From Nemertoderma westbladi (lineage: Eukaryota; Animalia; Xenacoelomorpha): 38,400 nt of DNA. Positions 8,516 to 18,850 of the stretch are shown here, in pieces. How positions within the stretch are numbered: position 1 is the stretch's first letter; each line of letters opens with the position of its first letter. The position numbers and the translations under genes were made by a program. Under the pieces are notes generated by a model that saw only the letters and a list, made by a program, of their open reading frames with translations, did not search any database and had not been told where the DNA came from. The DNA lies in contig JAUCBJ010007114.1 in NCBI GenBank assembly GCA_032718475.1, positions 1 to 38,400 on the forward strand, written 5' to 3'.

Positions 8516-11500
8516 GGGTCTCGTTGCGCTTGCTCATATTGTTGATATTGTGATGGGGGAATGTCACCCTGTCCCCCCCCCCCCCCCCCCACCGGTATGT
8601 TTGGTACTGGGGTTGATGTTAATATGTTGGGGCCCATGCACCTATCCGCAATAATTCCCCCCTCCCCTGGGTATATGTTATGTCCCTGCATGCTGTAGTC
8701 ATACTGCTGTGCTGGTACTGGTATAGGCCTATCAGCTTCTGGCCTACCCGCCAGTATGTATTCCGCGACTTCCGGGTTTAATTCCGTTGTCCACGCTATC
8801 CTATCGCCTACATTGCCTCTCTCAGTATGGCCTACGGTATGTGCAGTAAGGCCTACAGTATGTCCTACAGTCTGCATGTGTTGTTCGGGATCGAAGTTTA
8901 TTCTTCTCGAATAATCCTCCCCGCGGCTACCGTATTCTCGATCGGTAGGTATATTCCGTCGGAAAGTTTCTCTTCGACCCCCCTCTCTACTGTTCTCATC
9001 TTCGTACCGGTATATCGCGTACCCCTCTCTCGGCGCGGAGTGCGCCTCGCCGGGTCGCATCTCTCCGGGGCGACGGCAATCTCCCGGAGTCCGACCCCAC
9101 TGACTCTCCGTTCTCATCTCGACTACCGACGGCTCGCTATCCGTCCTCGCTCTTCTATCGTTCGCGGCGATACTTCTACTACTGTCTTCCTTTCTTCTCC
9201 TATCAGTGGGATATTCCCGCTCGTGAGATCTCTCGTCGACCTCCCGGTTAAACCCCACTGTTCTTCTTCCTTCCTCTGATCGGGCTCGACGCTTCGTCCG
9301 CCCTCTCGCGACGTCAACCCGTCTCTCTCTGCTCGGTCGCACGCCGCTGGGGATATCCGCAATCCCCCTATTACTTTCCGTCGCCGGTTGTTGCGGTTTA
9401 CCTATTTCGGCCCGCGCATTGTCCGCTGACGGCTGTGGGACACTCTCTGCCCCCCCCCTTCTCGCCGCTAACTCTCTGTTGTGGGGCCCTCGTGCCCCCC
9501 CCCCCCCCACTCGCTACATTTTACTTCGCTGCCTCTCACCCCGCTACTATATACCTCTCTAGTCGACACATCAACCCTACCGCGGTCGGGTCTATTCACC
9601 CCCGCTTCTCCTCCTGTTATTGCGTGGCCTTCCAGGCCCTCTACTCCCTGCCTACCAACTACGTGGCCTACCAGGCCTTCTGCTCCCTGCCTACCAACTA
9701 CGTGGCCTACCAGGCCCTCATCTGCCTGGCTATACACGTCCGACGTGTTTACGTTAATAGCACCCATATTGGAAACAGAATTGATTTGCTCGTTTGGAAC
9801 GAAATCATTTGTATTATTCTGCGCGACTACGCTATCTGAATTATTTTGTAAATTCGGGCTTGGATCATTATTTAAATTATTTGGATTATTTTGCGTAATC
9901 GCGTTATTTAAATTATTTTGTAGGTTCGAATTTGGGTTATTATTTTGATTATTTGAATTATTTTGCGTAACTACATTAATATTAGAATTATTTTCTACAT
10001 TAATATTAGGATTGTTCTGATTTAAATTTAAATTACTACCACTAGGCAAAGTATTTCCTGCAATAAAGGTTTGATTAGAGTTATCCCATACGGTACTATT
10101 AATATTAACAACGTCTACTGTATCATCATTATTATTACCCCCCCCCCCCCCCCCCCCCCGCCCGTACGGTCACACCAGTTTTGGGTCTGTCGTGCGGTCC
10201 CTGTCAGTGGGGTATTAATAAATGTATCTACGGCCCCCGGCTCCTCAAAAATACTCGAGCCGGCCCCGCTTTCAGACGGCGACGCTCGCACCAGTTGCAG
10301 CTCGTGCGCCCGTCTAATCCTATGTTCCGCAAGTTCATTTTGGCGTCTCTTTAATTCCTTTTGCTCTCGCTCAGCCTCTGCCATTCTCCTCTCACACTCC
10401 TGGGTGTCCCGACTGGCCGACTCTGCTACACTCCTAGCGCTCTCCCTTCGTCTCGCCTCACGCTCCTTGCGTTCCTTTTCCCTTCTCGTCTCATATTCCT
10501 TGCGTTCCGCCTCACGCTCTTTGCGTTCCCTTTCCTCCCTTGCCTCACGCTCCCTACACTCCTTTTCCTCTATTTCCTCACACTCCCTAAGGCTTCTCAA
10601 AGCCCTTTCGGCCCTCTCTCCGGTTTCTCTAATCAATGCCGCTTCCCTCTCTAACCGCACTCTCCCCTCCTCTAACCGTTCCTCCATTTCCTTCTGACCT
10701 TGCTCTACCATGTTGAGACGGTATGCGGCACCTATCTCTCTCACCACTCTTTCTTTCGCGGAGGATGTAGCAGACTTATCGGTTACGACGGACCCCCTCC
10801 GCCTTCCCGACCTACTAACTTTCCCCCGCTTCCCGGAACTTTCTCCGACCGACGAGGCCGAATCCTCGGGGTTAACCTCGGATCCGCCCCCCTCGGGTCC
10901 CCTCCAACCCACTAATTTTACTCCCCGGGCATCGACCAAGTATGGCCCTATGTACACTGGCGCTACGCTAGGTTCCATACTCCCACACTCCCATAGTTCA
11001 AACAGTTCGCCGGCAACCCCTTTTGCTCTCCCCTCGGCTAGTTCTCTCTGCCCAAAACGTATTAGGTAATTAAAGTGTCTATCCGACTCACCTAGTCGCT
11101 TTCTCAGTCTCACCTCGTCTACCTTCGCCCCTTCCTTCTTGGCGTCCTTTATTAGCTTCCGGGTCGCGTTGTAGGCCCGTCGAAGTCGCTCTGAAACCCC
11201 GACGTCCTCGTCGCCGACCTCTCCTCCGTCCCTCCGGGTTCGACGTCGTACCGGCGGCTCCACCGTCGCCGTTCCGGTGGGCCGTCCGTCGCCCTCGGCC
11301 TGTAGCTGGCCGGCGACATCGGTACCGATGTCTCCTCCGTCTCTTCGCGTCCGGCGTCGCACCGTCGGCCCCACCGTCGCCGTTTCGGTGGGCCGCTCGT
11401 CGCCCTCGGCCTGTAGCTGGCCGGCGACATCGGTGCGCCGATCTCCGTCCCGTGTCGACTCATCTCCGTCTCCCTCCGTCTCGCTCTCCCTTCCTCTTGG

Positions 11501-11656
11501 CTCGACCTCTTGTTCCAGGCTCCCCTCGTCTTGAACTTCCGGTTCGCCCGTTATCGATGGCTCCGGTGTCGTGGGTCTATATCGCCTGGTTGCGGCCTCA
11601 CGGATCGTTTGGTCTTCGTCCGGGGTCCGCGTCGGTGTCTCGCCCGATTGACTCAT
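8516..11656 (-). CDS. Long low-complexity N-terminal part of element A Gag (ORF-track pieces 10115-11656, 9468-10049, 8458-9510), probably one frame with pol
   Basis: The pieces join at G runs (~10138-10159, ~9495-9508) and a short C run near 8516. The region has E/R coiled-coil, N-rich and G/R-rich segments. The sister copy reads through the linker/gag junction in one frame apart from one TAG. Confidence 0.75.
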
Positions 11657-11752
11657 CTCGCTGGTGATTGGTGGCTGTTGGTTTGGCTAGCTAGGGCAGC
11701 GGTTGGTTTTAGTTACTGTGACGGGATCCAGGAGGGATCCCGATTTATCCGG

Positions 11753-12245
11753 TGTTTAGCTTACGCGTCCCCGCCGTGTATAAAGAGTAAACGAAAACAG
11801 TGAATGAGTTCTGATGTTCGGTGTATAATAACTGATGGGTATAAGATATAGATATAGATATGTGGAAGGCGGGATACGGTAACTAAAAGTCCCGTGCTCC
11901 CCTATCTAAACTAACTAACCTATGCTAGCACTACTGCACTTGAGATAACTGAATTACTGATATTGGGTTACTGGTTATATTACACGGTTGGCCTAATTAC
12001 TACCTAATCGATGCCTTGCCCCCCTCTGATTGGTTGATACCCTTGTTGGCGCCCCGTGGAGTGTTCCCGTTCACTCCACCTATTCTCTCTGGGTTAGGGG
12101 TTTGGCCCCTGACCCTTTATTGTGTGCTTCCTTCCCACTCTTATTGGGATGGCACGAGTTGGTTAATTACCCAATCTCGTGGCTCCCAATATTGCTTATC
12201 GGCTTATAACTTTATGGGGTGTTAGCGGGATTGAATAAGCTAACA
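11753..12245 (-). repeat. Candidate 5' LTR of element A (~493 bp)
   Basis: Minus strand begins TGTTAGCTTA and ends TAAGCTAAACA (TG...CA with a near-perfect terminal inverted repeat), ~100 bp upstream of the Gag ATG. Composition shifts to AT-rich beyond 12245. The second LTR is not visible. Confidence 0.65.
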
Positions 12246-13769
12246 ATATTTTTTTACTAGCTATTGATATAATCTATTTGAAATCTATAATGTTTTATAA
12301 CTATTTATTTATGATTGGGTCGCAATTGTTCGGGTCGCAATTGTCCGGGTGGACAAAACTTCATAATTATTACATAAATTTAAATTTAAAACAAAATATA
12401 TTGAAAATTAAATCGAAAATAACCTGTTACTTCGAGTCTGATAGCGTTAGTGAATTTTATTAATCATTTTTGAATAGGTTTAATTATTGTTTTCAACTAT
12501 AATACATAAGCCTAAATTTAAAAACACTTACTCTCATCTGGTTTAGTGTGAAAAAGAGCGACGTGAACTGCCACGACGAAAATACGTGTGGCAGAACATA
12601 GACCAGACGATCGGTAGTGATGTCCTGCAACAGGATCAACATTTCAGGACAAACATGTCCTGAAAGTTGCCCATCCCATTAAGTCCACGGCAAACACCCC
12701 CCCCCCCCCCCCCCCCACAGACTTTCTGCATTGTCGATGTAAATGATGAAAATTTGTTTTCTAGACAACGACAGGCATTATAAACAATCCGACAGACAAA
12801 AATGTATTTGAGCCTTTAGCTTGTGCGGTCCATTGACTATTGATTTATATACATCACTTAAGGACTACAAAGACTTTGTAAACAAAAAGAGGAAAAAATA
12901 CTATGAAATCATAAAGAAAACGGAATACCCACAGGCCAGAGAACAACAAGCACAATTGGATACAGCCACGACTAATCTTGATGAACATGAATCAAATACT
13001 GCGGCAAGACATGTTGTCCCATGGAAAGGTAAAAAATTCTTCACCCAACAAACAAAGAATACTGTGTTGCGACCACATGTGCAACTTACAAAGAACACAA
13101 AAAAAAACAAAAATTCAATGAATCCAACTTAGTAACCAAGGCCTGTGATTAGCTAATTTAGAATTAATAAGCCGTTTGTAGTTGAAAACTTTCTGGATGC
13201 CGAGAATGGATTGTACTATTAATAATAAATTCAGACGTAACTAAGTATTTCATTACGGAAAACAATTAACAAAAAATATATGAATGCTACTTTTTAATAT
13301 TTTAAATTTGCATTCTTGTTTAAATCAAACAAACATGTAAATAATAAGTTCTGTGGTGTAAATTATCATACATTATCTGGCCCTCAAGCATAGCTGCATA
13401 GACCTTGCTTCTTTGTATCTTGACGTAGTGGACAGCGGCCTTGTATTCTACATATCCAACCATTGTCTATCTCTCTCTGGGAAGCCAAGCACATACTGTA
13501 GACTCCATTATGTGGTTTACTTGTACTGGTAGTAGGTGCCACCAGCACCACCATAGCACTGTCGTGTGTATGAACAAACATGTCTTGATTATGTGGATTC
13601 TATTAGACATATTTTATTTAATTTTGTCAAACATGTCAACAATATGCGTATACATACCGAATACGGTATGTATTCGGATCTACCACAGCAGTAACACTTA
13701 AGAGGGAAATTGTAGTCGGAAATATCCTAACTCAAAAAATGGGGAGGAGATGGGAAGGAGTTGTAGTGA

Positions 13770-16700
13770 CATAATTCTACATTTGAAAGGGATTCACACA
13801 TATCTCAAAAGTTAGGCGAGGCTACTAGTAACGTACGTGGTGGGGGTGTCGCTATATATATACCAGATTCCCTTGAGCAGAAAATTAGACCAGACATAAA
13901 ATCAAATACAAATAAAAAAAAATCATACGAATCAGTTTGGGTTGAGGTGCAGAACCAATTTATGGTGGGGATAGCTTATAACCCTTCTGTGCATCAAGCT
14001 ACAACATTTCTGAATAATTTTAATACTGAAATTGAGAATGCAACCAATAGCTCAGCTTCCAAAGTTCTAATAATGGGAGATTTTAATATAAATGTTACTA
14101 ATACGGAAAGCAATATTACCAAGGAATTGTGTGACGTAGTATCGCTCTATGACCTAAAGTTTTCCGATACAACTAAACCTACACGGTACAGTAAACAAAA
14201 ATTTTCTCTTTTAGACGTATTCATTTCATCTTTCTCAAATAATATAATGGAGCATCACACATTTCCATGTGATGTATCGGATCACGAATTTATAGCGATT
14301 AAATTAAAATCAAGTCTTGTAAGGTCATCCGAAATGAACAGGCCTATATGGCGAGAATTCAGAGATTTTGATAAATTTGATGAAAAGGGCTTTTTAATTG
14401 ACATAAATAATATAAACTGGTCATTTCTCTATTCGGATCAAACCACTGATATTAAATATGATTGCTTTGAAGATAATCTTGAAAGTGTACTTAATAAACA
14501 TGCACCATTAAAAAAGAAATTATATAAACCTGTAAGTAACTCGCAGCAAAATAAGCATCTACCACCATGGTGGGATAAAGAATTGCAAAAACTATTCGAT
14601 GAGAAGCAGATGAACCTCCGTAAATGGCGTAACTCAAAGAAACTTAATGATCACAAAATATTTAAAAATAGTAGAAATGCTTTTAATGCCTTAAACAGTA
14701 AAAATAAAAACAAATACGTTCAAAGTAAATTCAGGGAAGCAGCCTCACCAAGTGACAAATGGAAGATAATAAACAATCTCCTTAATAAAAGTAGTAAGAA
14801 CAGCACAATAAAGCAATTAACCAACTCAAACTGTGTACTTGTAAATAGAAGCGAAGGGATCGCGGAAATTTTAAATAATACATACATTGCTATGGGAAAA
14901 TTCACTGGACTAACATGTACGATCCGAAATTCAGGTCTAATTTCAACTAATAATAAAACTAATTTAAATTGTCAATTCGGATTCGTTAACGTGGATGAAA
15001 TTACAGTAGATAACATATTTTCTAAAATAAATACAAATAAATCAGCAGGCCCTTCAAAATTACCTCCCAAAATTATAAAATTGTTGGGGCCCAAAATAAT
15101 ATTTCAATTTACATATTTAATAAATGAATGCATCACAAGATCAATATTTCCAAAACGCTTAAAATACGCTGATGTTACTCCTTTATTCAAAAATGGTGAT
15201 AGGAGTGATCCAGTGAATTACAGACCAATTTCGGTAACGTCGACCTTAGAAAAAGTATTCGAAAAAGTATTATACAACCAGATAAGTGATTACCTAAATA
15301 AAAATAATTTGATAAACAAAACGCAATTTGGTTTTCGTAGGGGTTTTTCAACACGGGACGCAATAATTTATGCCACTGAAACTTGGAGGTACAGCCTAAA
15401 CCAAAATAAACACGTAGCCGTAGGTGCACTAGACCTAAGTAAAGCATTTAATTCTCTAGACCATTCAATTCTTTTAGGTAAGCTAGTAGAATTAGGATTT
15501 CATGGCACTTCAATTAATATTATTAATAGTTTTCTCTATCCACGATATCAACGCACTAAAGCAAATGGTGTTTTCTCCACTTGGCAGCTCGTACCTAGAG
15601 GAATTCCACAGGGGACTATTCTAGGGCCAATATTGTTTGTAATTTATGTAAATTCCATAGCAAATATACCGGATATACACTTGATACAGTACGCAGATGA
15701 TACACTTATATACTGTACAAATAAGGATCCTCTAAAAGCATCACAAACCTTAGAAAAACACATACTCGCACTTGAAGAAATATTTTCAGACCTAAAACTA
15801 AAATTGAACAATAAAAAAACCGAATTCATGCTTATAAGCCCGCATTCTAGAACACCTGATATAGAGGAGATTGTCTTAAAAATTAATCCGAATACGATAA
15901 TTAACCAATCCAAATCAATTAAATATTTAGGTATACTAATAGACAACAGAATGGAATGGAGGGAACACATCAACGATATAAAACATAAAATGACACAAGC
16001 AATCTCCGGACTACGACAGATAAAAGGACAGTTACCACTCAAATCTAAACTTAATATATACAAGGCGACAGTCCTACCATATCATAACTATTGCTGCGAG
16101 GTCCTAATTTCAATACAAAACAGTTACGGTGCAAAGGGAATACTTTACGGGTTAGAAAAAATACAAAATTACGGCTTAAGGGTAGTGTATAGCAAGAAAA
16201 ACAAGGACATGACAGGAACCAAATTACGAACCAAAGCAAAACTTCCTACACTGACAGCTCTACGAGAATACTTTGTATTAAAATTTTACTACAAATATAT
16301 ATTTAATCTAAGTACACCATTTAAGAAACTACAACTACCATTTCTTAATAGTATAAGAACAAACGCATACTTAATAAATCCCAGAACACATAATATTAAA
16401 ATACCTACTACTAGGAACAACTACGGATTTAAAAGTTTAACTGTCAGTGCTACAAAAATCTGGAACGCATCTCTTATTACTCTAAAACAAATACGAAAAC
16501 TAAAAACATACATGGATAGCATTAAAAATCATTATTATACAATATATGACCTTGACTCCATAACATAGCAACAAGTAACTTATACAACTTAGAATATACT
16601 GTGATAAGTAAATAATTAATGTGTGTACGTATGTGTGGGTGGTGTAGTATGTGTGAAATAATGGTGTTTGTAATTGTAAGTATGGGGTGTGTGTGTCTAC

Positions 16701-16910
16701 GCGCCAATGTATTGGGTATGTATGTATAACATCAATATGACACCAGTGGATACACAGTAATGTAATTAGTGTAGGTCAAGGATTTGTCTGCCATACATGA
16801 CGCTTATTCCCATAAATTATCAGCCGGGGCCACCCTCCATGCTGCCTTCAATTATTTTATATATTTGAAGTTTTGGGAATAAAAGAATTTATTAATATTA
16901 TTATTATTAT
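13770..16910 (+). mobile_element. Non-LTR retrotransposon of the CR1/L2 group (Daphne/Crack/Kiri-like); 5' boundary uncertain
   Basis: APE-RT ORF2 and a 3' UTR ending AATAAA...(TAT)n at ~16879-16910. Confidence 0.88.
13947..16568 (+). CDS. LINE ORF2: apurinic endonuclease + reverse transcriptase (frame open from ~13770; extreme N-terminus missing)
   Basis: Upstream in-frame RGGGVAIY and ESVWVE; GDFNI, SDHE, PWW, YRPIS, QFGFR, LDLSKAF, GIPQGTILGP, YADDT, KYLG. Confidence 0.95.
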   Translation: MQNQFMVGIAYNPSVHQATTFLNNFNTEIENATNSSASKVLIMGDFNINVTNTESNITKELCDVVSLYDLKFSDTTKPTRYSKQKFSLLDVFISSFSNNIMEHHTFPCDVSDHEFIAIKLKSSLVRSSEMNRPIWREFRDFDKFDEKGFLIDINNINWSFLYSDQTTDIKYDCFEDNLESVLNKHAPLKKKLYKPVSNSQQNKHLPPWWDKELQKLFDEKQMNLRKWRNSKKLNDHKIFKNSRNAFNALNSKNKNKYVQSKFREAASPSDKWKIINNLLNKSSKNSTIKQLTNSNCVLVNRSEGIAEILNNTYIAMGKFTGLTCTIRNSGLISTNNKTNLNCQFGFVNVDEITVDNIFSKINTNKSAGPSKLPPKIIKLLGPKIIFQFTYLINECITRSIFPKRLKYADVTPLFKNGDRSDPVNYRPISVTSTLEKVFEKVLYNQISDYLNKNNLINKTQFGFRRGFSTRDAIIYATETWRYSLNQNKHVAVGALDLSKAFNSLDHSILLGKLVELGFHGTSINIINSFLYPRYQRTKANGVFSTWQLVPRGIPQGTILGPILFVIYVNSIANIPDIHLIQYADDTLIYCTNKDPLKASQTLEKHILALEEIFSDLKLKLNNKKTEFMLISPHSRTPDIEEIVLKINPNTIINQSKSIKYLGILIDNRMEWREHINDIKHKMTQAISGLRQIKGQLPLKSKLNIYKATVLPYHNYCCEVLISIQNSYGAKGILYGLEKIQNYGLRVVYSKKNKDMTGTKLRTKAKLPTLTALREYFVLKFYYKYIFNLSTPFKKLQLPFLNSIRTNAYLINPRTHNIKIPTTRNNYGFKSLTVSATKIWNASLITLKQIRKLKTYMDSIKNHYYTIYDLDSIT

Positions 16911-16933
16911 AGTACATAAATCATACACCAAAA

Positions 16934-18380
16934 TCACACTTCAACATACTTCAACATTTTCGCAACTGGACAGTCGTACATAAAGTATCTCGATAATAAT
17001 GGTGGGAGGTAGGGGAGAGGGTGATAAATATTTATATAGTTTAACAAAAATATACTAACGAAAAAACAGACAAACCAACATACTATTGTAATATCGACAA
17101 GCGTCAAAATTTCCAATAAAATTTCATGTCGATGATCAAAAAAAAAACTGTAAAATAATTTATTAATTTTTAAAACTTTTATTAATAAAATTAACTAACA
17201 TTCATTGCAGCATTCCCAATGAACATGGCGGTAAAGTCATTGGATTTGAATGCATTTAATCTCAAATCTTTTCCGTCAGCATCCAAAGGTAAATACTTTG
17301 TGATTCGATAAGTTTCCGTGAAAACATGGGCATTATGGTAAAGGCCATATATATATGCCTTTACATACGGCGCCATTATGACTGGCTACCATATCAATCT
17401 AAAATTTAAACAATGTTATTATAAAATAGTTATATCATGTATAATATTATACTATAGTAATTTTAATATACTGACACTAAAACAAATCCGCCTCCGCTTT
17501 ACAGGTTTTTCTTTTTTTAAACCGCTATTTCGAAAATGCCAATAAAAATATACTTCCATGGTTCATAAAAAATTTTGTAACAATTTTTTTTTATTAAATA
17601 GCAATTATTATTATCATATAATAATATTGTTTGAAGGTCCTACACTAACAAAATCGCTCTCATTTGACTAGTAAATACGATTTGATAATTATCTTTGTTT
17701 ATAATCTAATCATCTAAAATTTAAATAAAATATTTATATTAATATTTTTTAAATTTAATTTCAAATATACAATATGCATTAAAAAATTTAATACAAATTT
17801 ATATTAAATATTATATAGTTATAATTATATAGTTATTAGTATGGTTATTAAATAAATATAAAAATAATTTATATTTTAATAATGTAGTTAAAATTGAAAT
17901 GTACAACAATTAACTGAACTTACACCTCGCAATACTAATTCTTCAACATTGATACTGAAAGGAGTCATATCTTCCACCAATGGTTCAATATTTACTTGAG
18001 GTAGAGGTTCCAGTGTTATAAGAATCCGAACAGGCTTCATAACGACGACTATTATTGGTATGTTGTGAGACGTATCGCCTCTATATGCAGGCTCATATAG
18101 ACGGATCAAAGTTCCTACGCCCACAATAGGTTGGAAGAAGTTTCTACTCTGGTCGTTTCCATGATTAATCACGATGAACATCATGGATGATATCAAATCT
18201 CTGAAAAAAATTTATTTAAAATAAAATATATATTTTTCAAAAGTATATGACCATATAAGAAATTCCACAAATAATAGACGTGATATGATAAATATAAAAA
18301 TATAACTTACAAAAATAACTTAGAAACACACGTATGCAAATTTAAAAATTTTCCAATTAAGAGTCTTTCCAAAAAAAGAA
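16934..18380 (-). pseudogene. Degraded multi-exon gene of unknown function
   Basis: Exon ~17924-18200 bounded by TTTCAG and GTAAGT; an upstream GTAAGT donor at ~18310 joins in frame (..KLFL|DLISSMMFIVIN..); further exon-like block ~17191-17397; very AT-rich introns. Confidence 0.45.
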
Positions 18381-18414
18381 ACTTATATTTATAAAAAAAC
18401 GATGATGCGTATTA

Positions 18415-18690
18415 TTAACCCTATTAAACGCGGGCGGGGGGGTCAATATGACCCCCCCCCCCGTGGTTTTTTTATTATAATTCTGAAACAAACGCAGTTG
18501 GGAATCTGAAATTTTATCACTTTTCCTAAAAATCTATTGTCTTCCTAGTAGTGAAAACCGTTTTCAAAAATATTGGGTAGTTTTCGAGTTATAGCACCAT
18601 TTTTTAACCCTACTTTTGGCACTTTTTTTGAGCCGTTTTTTGAAAATTACATTTCATTAAATATTAATTGTAACATCTCCATTTTTTATT
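18415..18690 (+). mobile_element. piggyBac-like DNA transposon terminus (non-autonomous fragment)
   Basis: TTAA|CCCTATTAAA start, GGGGGGTCA-ATA-TGACCCCCC palindrome, and ~270 bp matching the reverse complement of 35061-35330. Confidence 0.75.
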
Positions 18691-18749
18691 TAATGAGTTA
18701 AAAAACGGATATTTACGTAGTTAATATTAGTTACATAGTTAATATTTAC

Positions 18750-18842
18750 GGAGTTAATAACTGTCAGAATTGTCGGACATGGAGTTAATAACTGTCAGAA
18801 TTGTCGGACATGGAGTTAATAACTGTCAGAATTGTCGGACAT
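18750..18842. repeat. 31-bp tandem repeat x3 at a TE/TE junction
   Basis: GGAGTTAATAACTGTCAGAATTGTCGGACAT three times. Confidence 0.95.
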
Positions 18843-18850
18843 AGAGTCGG

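Larger units (their letters stand above)
1..12245 (-). mobile_element. BEL/Pao LTR retrotransposon (element A), 3' end beyond left edge of window
   Basis: Gag-PR-RT-RH-IN order with Pao-type motifs, candidate 5' LTR at 11753-12245, and a same-strand accessory ORF downstream. No second LTR copy was seen inside the window. Confidence 0.9.

Noticed and set aside
8458-8540. Programmed gag/pol ribosomal frameshift
   Set aside because: No X XXY YYZ slippery heptamer in the overlap, the break is upstream of the capsid domain, and the sister copy is in frame here.
3375-11803. Many plus-strand ORFs overlapping element A
   Set aside because: Antisense shadows of the coding strand; Ser/Leu/Pro-rich, with no motifs.
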